Source: Pseudomonadota bacterium (GTDB lineage Bacteria; Pseudomonadota; Gammaproteobacteria; Burkholderiales; Burkholderiaceae_C). Taken from it: a stretch of DNA of 64,000 bases. The first letter of the stretch is position 1, and every line of letters starts with the position of its first letter. Below are positions 31,130 through 43,807 of this stretch, piece by piece. The stretch lies in the NCBI GenBank assembly GCA_040384785.1, contig JAZKIR010000020.1, forward strand, positions 3,152 to 67,151, written 5' to 3'. The position numbers and the translations under genes were made by a program. The notes beneath the pieces are model-generated. The model did no database searches, had not been told where the DNA came from, and saw nothing but the letters and a program-made list of their open reading frames with translations.

Positions 31130-32134
31130 CTAGTGCGACTTGCGCCCCGACTCAAACACCCGTTGCAGCACACAAAACACAAACAACAACACACCGATCA
31201 CAATGCGTGTCCACCACGAACTGAGCGAACCGTCAAACATGATCAGTGACTGGATGATGCCCAGCGTGAGCACACCAAACAGCGTGCCGACGATATAACC
31301 CACGCCACCGCTGAGCAGCGTGCCGCCTATCACCACGGCGGCAATGGCATCCAGCTCCAACCCGACGGCGTGCAGGCCATAACCCGAAAGCATATAGAAG
31401 GTGAATACCACGCCACCCAGGGCCGAACAAAAGCCACTCACGGTGTAGACCAATACCGCGGTGCGCGCCACCGGCAGACCCATCAGCTTGGCCGAGTGTT
31501 CGCTGCCACCGATGGCATAAACGGTGCGGCCAAACTCGGTGCCATGCGCCACGAATATGGCAACGGCCAGCACCACCAGGGCCAGCAGCGCGCTGAGCGA
31601 CAGGGCGGCACTGTCACCCCACAGCTCGACACGCATTTGCGCCAGCGCGGTGTAGGCCTCGTCCGTGATGCTGATGGAATCGATGCTGATGAGGTAACAC
31701 AGGCCACGCGCCAGAAACATGCCCGCCAGCGTGACGATGAACGGCTGCAACCGAAAGCGCTGGATCAACCAGCCCATGAAGGCGCCGAACAACGTGCCCA
31801 TACACAGCACCAGTGGAATCGCCTGCCACAGGCTCCAGTGCCGGTGCTCCACCAGCGCCGCCAACACCATGGTGCTGAGTGCCACCACCGAACCCACCGA
31901 CAGATCAATGCCGCCGGACAGAATGACAAAGGTCATGCCCACCGCCACAATGACCAGGAAGGCGTTGTCGATCAACAGGTTCAAAAATGCCTGCGCCGAG
32001 AAGAACCCGGTGTAGGACACCGAGCCAAACACCGCCATCGCCAGGAACAGCGACACCGTGGCCGCCAGCGGCATGAATTTAGGCGCCAGCCGCCAGCGCC
32101 GCGTGGATGTCGTCGGGTTGAGGTTGTTGCTCAT
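31130..32134 (-). CDS. yjfF: Sugar (galactofuranose-type) ABC permease YjfF
   Basis: GGIDLSVGS, IQPF-type IVTLAGMF and ELDAIAAVVIGG motifs; ATGA overlap with ytfT. Confidence 0.85.
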   Translation of the reverse strand: MSNNLNPTTSTRRWRLAPKFMPLAATVSLFLAMAVFGSVSYTGFFSAQAFLNLLIDNAFLVIVAVGMTFVILSGGIDLSVGSVVALSTMVLAALVEHRHWSLWQAIPLVLCMGTLFGAFMGWLIQRFRLQPFIVTLAGMFLARGLCYLISIDSISITDEAYTALAQMRVELWGDSAALSLSALLALVVLAVAIFVAHGTEFGRTVYAIGGSEHSAKLMGLPVARTAVLVYTVSGFCSALGGVVFTFYMLSGYGLHAVGLELDAIAAVVIGGTLLSGGVGYIVGTLFGVLTLGIIQSLIMFDGSLSSWWTRIVIGVLLFVFCVLQRVFESGRKSH

Positions 32135-33204
32135 GCGCGGCTCCCCGATGCTGGGCGCACCACCCACCCCCGCACGGCACTGCGGAAGTCGGCCGACTGC
32201 AGCAGCATGACCGCAAACACCACAGCCGCCTTCACCACCAGGTTGATCTCGGGCGGCACACCAATGGAATAAATGGTGGAGGTCAGGGTCTGGATGATGA
32301 GTGCGCCCACCAGGCTGCCCGCCAGGCTGAAGCGCCCGCCGGTGAGCAGCGTGCCCCCCAGCGTGACGGCCAGAATCGCGTCCAGCTCCATCAGGTTGCC
32401 GGCGTTGTTGCCGTCGGCGCTTTTGACGTTGGAGCTGATGATCAGGCCCGCCACACCGGCGGTCAGGCCGCAGAAGGCATAAACACACACGCTGATCAAG
32501 CGCTCACGCACACCGGCAAGCCGGGCCGCGGCCGGGTTGATGCCAATGGCCTGGATGAACAGGCCCAAGGCCGTGCGTGTGACCGCCAGGTGCACCACCA
32601 GGTACACCGCAGCCGCAATGAATAGCGCGAACGGCAAGCCCAGCAGAAAACCGTTGCCGATATAGAAATACGGGGCGTAGTACACGGTGACGATTTGCCC
32701 GCCCGTCGCCAGTTGCGCAATGCCGCGCCCGGCCACCATCAGTATCAGCGTGGCGATGATGGGCTGCAGGCCGATCTTGGCCACCAGCAAGCCATTCCAC
32801 AAACCACAGGCCAGCGCCACCAGCAAGGCGCACAGGATGGCCAGCGGCATCGGGAAGTTGCTGACATGCGTGGGCACACCGTCGTGGATGACCAGCCTGC
32901 CGCCAATCATCAACGCCGCCACCGACGCACTGATGGCCACCACGGCGCCGACCGAAATGTCTATGCCCCGCGTGGCAATGACCAGGGTCATGCCCAGCGA
33001 CACCAGCATCAGCGGGGCCGAGCGGTTCAGGATGTCGATGATGCTGCCGTACAAGTGGCCATCGCGCCACTGCAGCACCCAGAAGCCGGGGTTCAGGCTG
33101 GCATTGACGGCCAGTATCAGGAACAGTGTGACCAGCGGCCACAGCAGCGGGTGCGACCGCAGGCGTTGACCCCACGAGGCCGTATTGGTATTTTGCGCAC
33201 TCAT
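32131..33204 (-). CDS. ytfT: Sugar ABC permease YtfT
   Basis: RGIDISVG, QPIIATLILMVAGRG and SSNVKSADGNNAG motifs. Confidence 0.85.
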   Translation of the reverse strand: MSAQNTNTASWGQRLRSHPLLWPLVTLFLILAVNASLNPGFWVLQWRDGHLYGSIIDILNRSAPLMLVSLGMTLVIATRGIDISVGAVVAISASVAALMIGGRLVIHDGVPTHVSNFPMPLAILCALLVALACGLWNGLLVAKIGLQPIIATLILMVAGRGIAQLATGGQIVTVYYAPYFYIGNGFLLGLPFALFIAAAVYLVVHLAVTRTALGLFIQAIGINPAAARLAGVRERLISVCVYAFCGLTAGVAGLIISSNVKSADGNNAGNLMELDAILAVTLGGTLLTGGRFSLAGSLVGALIIQTLTSTIYSIGVPPEINLVVKAAVVFAVMLLQSADFRSAVRGWVVRPASGSRA

Positions 33205-34745
33205 GCCTGCCCCGCAATCATGGCGTAGACCGCGTGGTCGGACGTGCCGGCGGGCAGTTCGCCCACCTTGGCGCGGTCACGCATCACGACGATGCGGTCC
33301 GAGACCCGCACCACCTCTTCCATCTCCGACGAGATGAACAACACGGCCATGCCCGCGCGGGCCAGCGTCAAAATTTCGTTCATGATTTCTTGTTTCGCCG
33401 CGATGTCTATGCCGCGGGTCGGTTCGTCCAGTATCAACAGGCAGGGCTTGGTCGCCAGCCAGCGCGCCAGCACCGCCTTTTGCTGATTGCCTCCTGACAA
33501 TTGCCCAATCGGTGTTTCGATATCGGCGGTCTTGATGCCCAGGGCCTTGACGTAGTGCAGTGCCAGCTGCGCCTGCTGCGCGCGTGACAAACAGGGCCAC
33601 AGGCCCTGGCGTGCCTGCAGCGCCAGCGCAATGTTTTCGCGCACCGACAGTTCGGCAATGATGCCCTCGGCCTTGCGGTCTTCGGGGCACAGGCCCAAGC
33701 CCAGACGGATGGCCTGCGCTGGAGACTGCATGCGCACGGTCTTGCCCTGCACGGTCATCTCGCCGGCATCGCTGCGGTCCAGGCCAAACAAGACGCGGGC
33801 CAGCTCGGTGCGGCCCGAGCCCAACAAGCCGCCCAGGCCTACTACCTCGCCCCGGCGCAGCGCCAGGTCCATTGGTTTCACATGGCCGTGCCGTGCCAGG
33901 CCGCGCACCTGCAGCACCTCGGGCGCCTGCGTGCCGGCATGCTCTGGCGTGCTGGCTTGCGGCGGTGGAGTGTCCACCATCTCGCGGCCCACCATGGCTG
34001 CAATCAGCGCGCTGTGCCCCAGATCGGCGGCCCGGTATTCACCCACCAGTTGGCCATTGCGCAGCACCGTGATGCGATCACACAAAGCATATACCTGGTC
34101 CAGAAAATGGGTCACAAAAAGAATCGCCATGCCCTGCGCACGCAGTTGGCGCAACACGGTGAACAGGCGTTCGACTTCGTCGTCGTCCAGGCTGGAGGTG
34201 GGCTCATCCAGAATCAGCACGCGCGCCGAAATGCTCAGGCCCCGCGCGATGGCCACCATCTGCTGCACCGCGACCGAATAACTGTGCAGCGCTTGTGTGA
34301 CGTCGATGTTGAGGTTGAGCCGCGCCAGCAAGGCGCTGGCGTCGCGGTGCATGCGCGCCCAGTCAATGGCCCAGGCACCGCTGGCGCCGCGGCGCGGGTA
34401 GCGCCCGGCAAAGATGTTTTCTGCCACCGACAAATTGGGGCACAGGTTGACCTCCTGGTACACCGTGCTGATGCCCAGTTGCTGCGCCTCCAATGGCGAT
34501 GCCGCTGCGATGCGTTGCCCGCCCAGGCGCATCTCGCCCTGGTCGGCCCGGTGCACGCCGGTCAATACCTTGATGAGCGTGGATTTGCCCGCGCCGTTCT
34601 GCCCCATCAGGGCATGCACCTCACCGGCGAACAAACGCAGGTTGACGCCGCCCAGCGCCTGCACGCCCGCAAAGTGCATGGTTATGGCAGACAACTCCAG
34701 CACGGGCTGCTGCTGTGCGTCGGAGGTCTCGTGGTTGACGGTCAT
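33201..34745 (-). CDS. ytfR: Sugar ABC ATP-binding protein YtfR
   Basis: [17 protein letters not shown] and two LDEPT motifs. Confidence 0.88.
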   Translation of the reverse strand: MTVNHETSDAQQQPVLELSAITMHFAGVQALGGVNLRLFAGEVHALMGQNGAGKSTLIKVLTGVHRADQGEMRLGGQRIAAASPLEAQQLGISTVYQEVNLCPNLSVAENIFAGRYPRRGASGAWAIDWARMHRDASALLARLNLNIDVTQALHSYSVAVQQMVAIARGLSISARVLILDEPTSSLDDDEVERLFTVLRQLRAQGMAILFVTHFLDQVYALCDRITVLRNGQLVGEYRAADLGHSALIAAMVGREMVDTPPPQASTPEHAGTQAPEVLQVRGLARHGHVKPMDLALRRGEVVGLGGLLGSGRTELARVLFGLDRSDAGEMTVQGKTVRMQSPAQAIRLGLGLCPEDRKAEGIIAELSVRENIALALQARQGLWPCLSRAQQAQLALHYVKALGIKTADIETPIGQLSGGNQQKAVLARWLATKPCLLILDEPTRGIDIAAKQEIMNEILTLARAGMAVLFISSEMEEVVRVSDRIVVMRDRAKVGELPAGTSDHAVYAMIAGQA

Positions 34746-34794
34746 GGTTTGCTGTTGGCTCAAGAAAAACAAGCCGCAGAGCGGCTTGCTTTAA

Positions 34795-34914
34795 GGCTCT
34801 GCTGATTATTGAGAGTTCCATATTTCATGACACCGTTCGGGCTGAGCCCTTCGACGGGCTCAGGACGGGCCTTGTCGAAGCCTTTGAGCCCTTCGACAGG
34901 CTCAGGGCGAACGG
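34795..34914. repeat. Palindromic REP/MITE-like element, copy 6
   Basis: TTAA then GGCTCTGCTGATTATTGAGAGTTCC; core nearly identical to copies 3 and 5. Confidence 0.85.
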
Positions 34915-34975
34915 AGGTTTATTGTTACCTTAACCAATAGGCGCCTCGGGCTTACGGGCCCAAGTCGCTACCGGG

Positions 34976-35941
34976 TCAGTACTTGCGCGACGGGAATTCC
35001 TTGGCCGCCACTTCCATCGGGAAGATACCTTCCTGCGTCACGATACGGCGGGGCAGGGTCTTGCCCGCCACCAGGTCTTTGACGGCCGACATCAGCTGCG
35101 GGCCCAGCAGGGGGCTGCACTCCACGGTCACATCCATCTTGCCGGCGATCATGGCTTCAAACGCGCCCTTGACGGCATCTACCGAAATGATGGTGATGTC
35201 CTTGACCGGCTTTAGGCCCGCTTCTTCGATGGCCTGGATCGCACCAATGGCCATGTCGTCGTTGTGCGCATACAGCACATTGATTTTCTTGCCCTCGGCC
35301 TTGAGGAAGGCTTCCATCACTTCCTTGCCCTTGGCGCGGGTGAAGTCACCGGTTTGTGAGCGGATGATCTTGATACGTGGCTCGGCCTTGATGATTTCCT
35401 CGAAGCCCTTTTTGCGGTCAATGGCCGGGCCCGAACCCACGGTGCCTTGCAGCTCCACCACATTCACGTCGCCCGTGGTGGTCTTGATTTTTTCCAGCAA
35501 CCAGCGACCGGCCTTGCGGCCTTCTTCGGTGAAGTCGGAGCCCATGAAGGTCACGTACAGCGAGGTGTCCTTGGAGTCCACCGAGCGGTCGGTCAAGATG
35601 ACCGGAATCTTGGCGGCCTTGATTTCTTTCAGCACGGTGTCCCAGCCCGACTCCACGACCGGTGCGAACGCAATCACGTCCACCTTTTGCGCGATGAAGG
35701 AGCGCAGGGCCTTGATCTGGTTTTCCTGCTTTTGCTGGGCGTCGGAGAACTTCAGTGTGATGCCTTCCTTGGCGGCGGTTTCCTTGATGGAGTTGGTGTT
35801 GGCGCTGCGCCATTCACTCTCGGCACCGATCTGGCTGAAGCCCAGCACGATTTTCTTTTGCGCAAAAGCAGTCAGGGGCATGCCCACTGCGAACGATGCC
35901 GCAACCAGTGTGGCAATCAGCGTACGTCGGTTCTGTGTCAT
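34976..35941 (-). CDS. ytfQ: Sugar ABC substrate-binding protein YtfQ
   Basis: GFSQIGAESEWR, DAQQKQENQI and VECSPLLGPQ motifs; GAGGAG RBS. Confidence 0.88.
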   Translation of the reverse strand: MTQNRRTLIATLVAASFAVGMPLTAFAQKKIVLGFSQIGAESEWRSANTNSIKETAAKEGITLKFSDAQQKQENQIKALRSFIAQKVDVIAFAPVVESGWDTVLKEIKAAKIPVILTDRSVDSKDTSLYVTFMGSDFTEEGRKAGRWLLEKIKTTTGDVNVVELQGTVGSGPAIDRKKGFEEIIKAEPRIKIIRSQTGDFTRAKGKEVMEAFLKAEGKKINVLYAHNDDMAIGAIQAIEEAGLKPVKDITIISVDAVKGAFEAMIAGKMDVTVECSPLLGPQLMSAVKDLVAGKTLPRRIVTQEGIFPMEVAAKEFPSRKY

Positions 35942-36281
35942 CAAAGTCTCCTCTTGTGTTGTATGGAATGGGAACAAAAATCAGGCAAGGAATGCGGTGC
36001 GGTTCCTACCCTGCTGTATGAAACCTGGGCGGATGATACGGACGGAATCGATATACATCCAATTGATATTTCGGGACTATCGATGTGCAAACCAGGATTC
36101 GTAAAAACCCTAGGTTCTGGACCCAATCTTTCAGCGCGATGGCACCGTAGACTTTTATGAAATCGGCCTCTAGCCCTCGTACGATATGCTTAGTGCGCTA
36201 TTGAATGCATAGCGTCCTATTCTCAGCGTCCCATGCCCTGCATCACGGACGGCACCCCCAAGCCCCCCGTGCACCTGTTGT

Positions 36282-37595
36282 TCAAAGGTAGGTGTTCAGC
36301 AAATTCTCTACCCGTTCCTGCCGCCCCGAGACCGGACGGGTGTCGTTGTTGTGCGCCAGCACGTGGGCGGCCACCGCGTCCAAACCCAGCTTGCCGGCCA
36401 TCACGCCCTGGCCCCAGGGTTCGCTCCAGCCTGCGTAACGCTGTTCGGTCACCTGGGCCAGCTTGCCGTCCTGGATCATCTTCTCGGCGATCAGCAGTGC
36501 ACGGGCGCTGACATCCATGCCGCCGATGTGGCCGTGGAACATGTCTTCGGGGTCAATCGACTGGCGGCGCACCTTGGCGTCAAAGTTGAGCCCGCCGGTG
36601 GTAAAGCCGCCGCCTTGCAGGATCAGGTACATGGCCAGCGCCGTGTCGGCCACGTTGTTGGGGAACTGGTCGGTGTCCCAGCCGCATTGCGCATCACCCC
36701 GGTTCATGTCGATGGAGCCAAAGATGCCAAGGTCGAGCGCGGTGGCAATCTCGTGCTCAAAGCTGTGGCCGGCCAGCGTGGCGTGGTTGGCTTCGATGTT
36801 GACCTTGATTTCTTTCTCCAGCCCATGGCGGCACAGGAAACCGTAGACCGTGGCGGTGTCAAAGTCGTACTGGTGTTTGGAGGGTTCGCGTGGCTTGGGT
36901 TCGATCAGGATGCTGCCCTTGAAGCCGATCTTGTGTTTGTACTCCACGACCATATTCAGGAAGCGGCCCATCTGGTTCAGCTCCTGGCCCATGCGGGTGT
37001 TGAGCAGGGTTTCATAACCTTCGCGTCCACCCCACAACACGTAGTTTTCGCCGCCGAGTTTGAGCGTGGCATCCATGGCTTCCTTGACCTGCAAGGCGGC
37101 CATGGCAAAGATTTCCGGGTTCGGGTTGGTGGAGGCACCGGCCATGAAACGGCGGTGGCTGAACAGGTTGGCCGTGCCCCACAGCAGCTTCATGCCGGTG
37201 GCCTCTTGTTTGGTGGCCAGCACGTCCACCATCTCACGCAGATGGTTCACGCTGTCACGCGGGGTGGCGCCTTCGGGGGCGACATCGCGGTCATGGAAGC
37301 AGTAGTAAGGCGCGCCCAGTTTGGCGAAAAATTCAAACGCGGTATCGGCCTTGGCCTTGGCACCCGCCATGGGGTCGGCCAGCAGTTGCCAGGGGCGCTC
37401 AAAGCTGTCGCCGCCAAACGGGTCGGAGCCGTTGCCACAAAAGCTGTGCCAGTAACACACGGCAAAACGCAGTTGGTCTTGCATGCGTTTTCCCAGCACC
37501 AGGCGGTCTTTGTCATACCACTTGAAGGCGAGCGGGTTGGCGCTGTTGGGGCCTTCAAAGGCAACGGGGGCGATGTCAGAAAAATAGGATGTCAT
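36282..37595 (-). CDS. xylA: Xylose isomerase (class II)
   Basis: FAVCYWH, FHDRD, WGGREGY, IEPKP, NIEANHA and GWDTDQF motifs. Confidence 0.97.
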   Translation of the reverse strand: MTSYFSDIAPVAFEGPNSANPLAFKWYDKDRLVLGKRMQDQLRFAVCYWHSFCGNGSDPFGGDSFERPWQLLADPMAGAKAKADTAFEFFAKLGAPYYCFHDRDVAPEGATPRDSVNHLREMVDVLATKQEATGMKLLWGTANLFSHRRFMAGASTNPNPEIFAMAALQVKEAMDATLKLGGENYVLWGGREGYETLLNTRMGQELNQMGRFLNMVVEYKHKIGFKGSILIEPKPREPSKHQYDFDTATVYGFLCRHGLEKEIKVNIEANHATLAGHSFEHEIATALDLGIFGSIDMNRGDAQCGWDTDQFPNNVADTALAMYLILQGGGFTTGGLNFDAKVRRQSIDPEDMFHGHIGGMDVSARALLIAEKMIQDGKLAQVTEQRYAGWSEPWGQGVMAGKLGLDAVAAHVLAHNNDTRPVSGRQERVENLLNTYL

Positions 37596-37622
37596 GGGGT
37601 TCCTCAAAAGTGCGGTGGGTCA

Positions 37623-39086
<1,464 letters not shown>

Positions 39087-39105
39087 GGTGGTTGTGGTGG
39101 TGCGA

Positions 39106-40233
39106 TCACGGTGTGGTTGTTGTTGAACGGGGGTGCATGGGGCGCAGCTCGTGGTGCAGCACCAGTGCGGCAGCGCCCACGGCTGAGGCCAGCAGGCCGT
39201 AGTGCGCGGGGCGCACCGCGGGTGCGGCCATGCCACTGCTGGCGGCGTAGCCTTGCAGCGTGTCTTGCGCCACTTGCACGATGCCGGGGTAGCGTTCACA
39301 CGATGGGCCGCCGACCACCAGCACACTGGGGTTGAAGGTGGTCCACAGGTTTTGCAGCACCACGCCCAGGTAGCGTCCGCCTTGCGCAGGGTCCGGCAGT
39401 TGGGCCAGGGCGCGGGCGCCAAAAAAAGTTTCGGCACAGCCCTGGCGGCCGCACGAACAGCGGGGCCCGTCGATCTGCAAGATGCTGTGGCCAATTTCAC
39501 CGGCCATGCCCTGGGTGCCGATGAACAGCTGGTCATTGAGCACAATGCCCGCGCCCACACCGGCTCCGCAGGTGACAAAAATCAGCGAATCACGGGCATC
39601 GGTGGGCAAGAATTCGTATTCGCTCAAGGCTGCCGTGTCGGCTTCGTTTTGCACATGGACGGCCACGCTGGGCAGACCGGCCTGCGCCAGGGCCTGTGTG
39701 ATTTGCGGGACAAAGTCCACATTGCGCCAGCCCAGGTTGGGGGCAAAACGCACCACTCCCGTGGCTTCGTCAAACGCACCCGGCAAGCCCACGCCAATGC
39801 CCGCCAGTTGCACGCCGCGCTGTGCCAGCTCGGCGTGGACACGGAGCACCAGGCGGGCGGCCTGCTGGCACACAGCCTCGGGTTCGGGGCTGTCCAGGGG
39901 CTCCTCCAGCGCATGCAGCACCTGGCCCAGCAGTGACACGCCCACCACACGCAGGGCTTCCACCGCCACTTCCACGCCGATCAGGCCACGCGTGTTCCCG
40001 TCGATCTGCAAGGGCGTGGAAGGGCGGCCCAAGCCTATGGCTGCGGTGACGCCTTGCTCGCTGACCCAGCCCTCCAGCATCAGCTCACGCACCAGCTGGC
40101 TGACGGTGGATTTGGTCAGCCCGCTGTGCTGCGCCAGTTGCGCGCGTGACAGGCCGGTGTGCTGGCGCAGCAAGCGCAGCAGCACACTGCGGTTGATGCG
40201 TTTGACAAGTTGTTGGTCGCCGGTGGTGTTCAT
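39106..40233 (-). CDS. ROK family transcriptional regulator (XylR-type)
   Basis: HTH SRAQLAQHSGLTKSTVS, GRP motif, and GEIGH...CSCGRQGC zinc motif. Confidence 0.9.
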   Translation of the reverse strand: MNTTGDQQLVKRINRSVLLRLLRQHTGLSRAQLAQHSGLTKSTVSQLVRELMLEGWVSEQGVTAAIGLGRPSTPLQIDGNTRGLIGVEVAVEALRVVGVSLLGQVLHALEEPLDSPEPEAVCQQAARLVLRVHAELAQRGVQLAGIGVGLPGAFDEATGVVRFAPNLGWRNVDFVPQITQALAQAGLPSVAVHVQNEADTAALSEYEFLPTDARDSLIFVTCGAGVGAGIVLNDQLFIGTQGMAGEIGHSILQIDGPRCSCGRQGCAETFFGARALAQLPDPAQGGRYLGVVLQNLWTTFNPSVLVVGGPSCERYPGIVQVAQDTLQGYAASSGMAAPAVRPAHYGLLASAVGAAALVLHHELRPMHPRSTTTTP

Positions 40234-40265
40234 GGTGAGCGGTCAGTAGTGCAAGCAGGCGGGAC

Positions 40266-41192
40266 TCACAGGCTGTGGGTCTGCGGTTTGCCTTCGGGTT
40301 GTTTGCCAGCGATGATCATGCCGAGCACTTCGTCTTCGGTGACATCACTGGTGCGGTAGGTACCCACCAATTTTCCATTTTTCATCACCGCCAGTCGGTC
40401 ACTCAGGCCAAACACGTCAGGCATGTCGTGGGTGATCAGGAAAATGCCCACACCCTCGGCCTTGAGCTGGCGCACCAGGTTGCCGACCATGGCGGTTTCC
40501 TCCGGGCCCAGCGCGGCGGTGGGCTCGTCCATGATCAGAATCTTGGCGTTGAAATAAATCGCCCGCGAGATCGCCACCACCTGGCGTTGCCCACCCGAGA
40601 GGCGGCGCACCGGCGTGCGCACGTTCTTGAAATTTTTATTCAGCCGGGTGAACACCTTGCGGGCTGCGGCGTCCATGCGGCGGTCGTCCAGCGTATGCCA
40701 GCGCGTCAGTAGTTCGCGGCCTAGAAACAGGTTGGCCACGGCATCCAGGTTGTCGGCCAGCGCCAGCGTCTGGTAGATGGACTCGATGCCGCAGTGCTGC
40801 GCATCCACCGGGCTGCGGATGTGCGCCTTCTGGCCGCTGATGATGACCTCGCCGCTGTCAATCGGATAGGCCCCGGCCAGCATTTTCATCAGCGTTGATT
40901 TGCCCGCGCCGTTGTGCCCCAGCAAGGCCACGACCTCACCGGCATACAGGTTCAAGCTGACATCGTCCACGGCTTGTACGCCGCCAAAGGCCTTACCGAT
41001 ATGGTGCAGCTCCACCAACGACGGCTTAGGGCAATGCTGAACAAGTACCTCCGTTCGGGCTGAGCTTGGCCTGTCCTGAGCTTGGCGAAGGGTCGAAGCC
41101 TTCTGCAAGTCTTTGATTTGTAAGGGCTGCGTTTCGACAGGCTCAACGCGAACGGACTTAATCAGCAAAGCCTTAGTGTTCGCGGCGCTCAT
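40266..41192 (-). CDS. xylG: Xylose ABC ATP-binding protein (single domain) with an in-frame 49-codon MITE insert
   Basis: [16 protein letters not shown] and MDEPT motifs; ATG 41192 overlaps the xylH stop (ATGA). Confidence 0.8.
   Translation of the reverse strand: MSAANTKALLIKSVRVEPVETQPLQIKDLQKASTLRQAQDRPSSARTEVLVQHCPKPSLVELHHIGKAFGGVQAVDDVSLNLYAGEVVALLGHNGAGKSTLMKMLAGAYPIDSGEVIISGQKAHIRSPVDAQHCGIESIYQTLALADNLDAVANLFLGRELLTRWHTLDDRRMDAAARKVFTRLNKNFKNVRTPVRRLSGGQRQVVAISRAIYFNAKILIMDEPTAALGPEETAMVGNLVRQLKAEGVGIFLITHDMPDVFGLSDRLAVMKNGKLVGTYRTSDVTEDEVLGMIIAGKQPEGKPQTHSL
41030..41172. mobile_element. 143-bp MITE, copy 7, with TTAG target-site duplication
   Basis: TTAG at 41026-41029 and 41173-41176 flanks TIRs GGCAATGCTGA/TCAGCAAAGCC. 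Confidence 0.85.
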
Positions 41193-42379
41193 GCTGTATC
41201 TCCCGTCATGCGGCGGTAAATCACATCGAACACCACGGCAACGATCAGCACCTGGCCAATGATCACGTAGCGCATGCCAATCGTCACGTCCAGGAGCAGC
41301 ATGCCGCTGTCGATCGACTGCATGATCAGCGCCCCCAGCACCGAGCCCGAGATGGAGCCGCTGCCCCCGGCCAGCGCCGTGCCACCAATCACCGCTGCGG
41401 CAATCACATACAGCTCCATGCTGGCGCCCAGCGAGTTGGTGCCCGCGTTCAATCGGGCAATCGACACGATGGCGGCAATGGTGATCAGCACCCCCATCAG
41501 GGCAAACAGCATCAGCGTGACGCGGCGCACCGGAATGCCCACCAACGCGGCTGCCTCGGGGTTGCCGCCCATGGCAAACACGTAACGGCCAAAACGCGTG
41601 CGGTGCACGAGGAAGGACAACACCAGCGCCACACCCGCCCAGATCAGCACCGGCACCGGAATGCCCTGGGGCGCGTCTTTGCCGGGAATCTGGTAGCGGT
41701 TCATGGCCGCCACAAAGGCCAGCACAATACACACCGGCACCAGCACCATGGCGGCATCCAGCCACAGCGGGTTGTTGGGCAGGTCATAGGCGGCGTTGGC
41801 ACGCCGCCGCGACCAGGTCTGGGCCACCAGGGCCAGCACCATCAGCCCGACCAGCAGCCAGCTGGCGGTGACCCCAATGGCCCCGTCGTAGCCGCCGCCC
41901 AGGCGTTGAAAAAATGCGTCATTGACCGGCTGCGTTTTGCCGTCGGCCACCAAAAAGGCCGCGCCGCGAAACGACATCAGGCCGCCCAGCGTGACCACAA
42001 ACGAAGGCACACCCAGCATGGCGGTCAGCGCCCCCTGGTAGAGCGACACGGCAATGGCCACGGCCAGCCCGGCCAGCGCGGCGGGCACCCAGTGCCAGCC
42101 TGCGGTGTACATCAGGGTGGCAATCAGAACCCCGACAAAACCCATGACGGAGCCCACCGACAAGTCAATGTGCCGCGCCACGATGACCAGCACCACAATG
42201 GTCGCCACCACCCCGACCACGGCCGTTTGCTGGGCGATGTTGTAGAGGTTCTCGGCCGACAAAAACAACCCGCCCGAGAGCACGTTGAACACCAGGGCTA
42301 TCACGGCCAGCACCGTGCCCATCATCACCAGCCGCCAATCGATGGCGGCCTGTCTCAGCACATTCAAAACGGGATTCAC
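41189..42379 (-). CDS. xylH: Xylose ABC permease
   Basis: [16 protein letters not shown] and MGGNPEAA motifs; GTG 42379 follows a GGAG RBS. Confidence 0.85.
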   Translation of the reverse strand: MNPVLNVLRQAAIDWRLVMMGTVLAVIALVFNVLSGGLFLSAENLYNIAQQTAVVGVVATIVVLVIVARHIDLSVGSVMGFVGVLIATLMYTAGWHWVPAALAGLAVAIAVSLYQGALTAMLGVPSFVVTLGGLMSFRGAAFLVADGKTQPVNDAFFQRLGGGYDGAIGVTASWLLVGLMVLALVAQTWSRRRANAAYDLPNNPLWLDAAMVLVPVCIVLAFVAAMNRYQIPGKDAPQGIPVPVLIWAGVALVLSFLVHRTRFGRYVFAMGGNPEAAALVGIPVRRVTLMLFALMGVLITIAAIVSIARLNAGTNSLGASMELYVIAAAVIGGTALAGGSGSISGSVLGALIMQSIDSGMLLLDVTIGMRYVIIGQVLIVAVVFDVIYRRMTGDTA

Positions 42380-42398
42380 AAGCTGTCTCCGCAAGGCA

Positions 42399-42432
42399 TT
42401 AAAAAACCGCGAACTGTTGCCAGCCCGCGGTT
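42399..42432 (-). terminator. Attenuator-like hairpin after xylF
   Basis: On the minus strand AACCGCG...CGCGGTT runs into a T tract, between the xylF stop and the xylH RBS. Confidence 0.45.
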
Positions 42433-42465
42433 CGTGGGCTCGGCTCACTCAGTAGAAAAGGTGCT

Positions 42466-43488
42466 TCACTTGCAGGCGGCAGGGCCTTTGGCGGCGTCCA
42501 CACCCTTGCACAGGTCTTCCTTTTTGATCCAGCCGGCCGTGACCACCTGGTCCAGGTTTTTGGCGGTGACCGGCACGGGTTTCAGAAACTGGGCCTGCAG
42601 TGCGACCTTCTTCTCACCGCCGTCCCAGGTCTGGGCCCCGGCTACCTTTTGGCCCTTGGCCAGGGCCACTGCAGCCGCAGCGGCATCGCGGCCCAGGTCA
42701 CGTGCGTCTTTCCACACCGACACGGTTTGCGTGCCCAGTGCCACACGGTTCAGCGCGGCGTGGTCGCCGTCCTGGCCCGACACCGGAAGTCCCTTGATGC
42801 CCTTGGCGCTGAGTGCGGCCACGACACCACCGGCCGTGCCGTCGTTGGACGCCACCACGGCGTCTACCTTGCCACCGGTCTTGGTCAGAATTTGCTCCAT
42901 GTTTTTCTGTGCCACTTCAGGCTTCCAGCCGTCGGTGTATTCCTCTCCCACGATTTTGATGTCGCCTTTTTTCACCGCGGCATCAATGATTTCCTGCTGG
43001 CCTTCACGCAGAAAGTTGGCATTCGGGTCGGTGGGGGAGCCCTTGATCATCACGTAGTTGCCCTTGGGTTTGGCGGCAAACACGGCACGCGCCTGCATGC
43101 GACCGACTTCCTTGTTGTCAAAGGTGATGTAGAACACGCCGGGCGCCTCGATCAGGCGGTCATAGGCCACCACCGGAATCTTTTGCTGGTTGGCCTTGTT
43201 CACGGCGGGCAGGATGGCATCCTTGTCCATGGCCAGAATGATCAGCGCCTTGGCCCCTTTGGCGATCAGGCTGTCTATGTCGGCCAACTGCTTCTCGGGG
43301 GAACCACCGGCATCGGCACTGATGTAACTGGCACCGGCCTTGGCCAATTGCGCCTTGATGGCGGCTTCGTCGGTCTTCCAGCGCTCTTCCTGGAAGTTGG
43401 ACCAGCTCACACCCACGACTTGGGCGAACGCGCCGGCGGCAGCCATGCCCAGTGCAAAAGCAGTCAATGTTGTCTTCAGTTTCATCAA
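42466..43488 (-). CDS. xylF: D-xylose ABC substrate-binding protein
   Basis: [29 protein letters not shown] and SGQDGD motifs. Confidence 0.9.
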   Translation of the reverse strand: MMKLKTTLTAFALGMAAAGAFAQVVGVSWSNFQEERWKTDEAAIKAQLAKAGASYISADAGGSPEKQLADIDSLIAKGAKALIILAMDKDAILPAVNKANQQKIPVVAYDRLIEAPGVFYITFDNKEVGRMQARAVFAAKPKGNYVMIKGSPTDPNANFLREGQQEIIDAAVKKGDIKIVGEEYTDGWKPEVAQKNMEQILTKTGGKVDAVVASNDGTAGGVVAALSAKGIKGLPVSGQDGDHAALNRVALGTQTVSVWKDARDLGRDAAAAAVALAKGQKVAGAQTWDGGEKKVALQAQFLKPVPVTAKNLDQVVTAGWIKKEDLCKGVDAAKGPAACK

Positions 43489-43578
43489 TGTCTCCTGTTT
43501 ATCCGGCCTGGTGCAGGCCAGTGTTTTTTGACGGGCTTGTCAAAGCCATCTCGCCGCATCCAATGCAATGTCATGCAT

Positions 43579-43664
43579 TTAGTTTTTGCAACGAACTAAT
43601 TATGGAGAGGCGTGGGGCACCTGCGAATAGGGGCAAACCCGATATAGTTCACTGAACAAACTTA
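43579..43664. promoter_or_regulatory. Two putative ROK/XylR operators
   Basis: TTAGTT-N9-AACTAA (43579-43599) and ATAGTT-N9-AACTTA (43644-43664) upstream of xylF. Confidence 0.5.
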
Positions 43665-43807
43665 ATAAGTGGCATCGCCAAACCCTGTATTGGATCGATT
43701 GGTGAAACAGTAATGAGCGGAAAGTGCGGTTTATCTGTGCGAATTTAGAAACTAAAGTCCGTACCAGCGCTTCAGAGCTTTCTTTCAAACATCCACAGGA
43801 GTTTTCC

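Noticed and set aside
39106-39500. Apparently shortened C-terminal region of the ROK regulator as a sign of decay
   Set aside because: The frame is intact and the HTH and zinc motifs are retained; the difference cannot be judged without an alignment.
40266-41765. 499-aa ORF as a fused permease-ATPase
   Set aside because: The upstream part is an alternate frame of xylH; the true start is ATG 41192.
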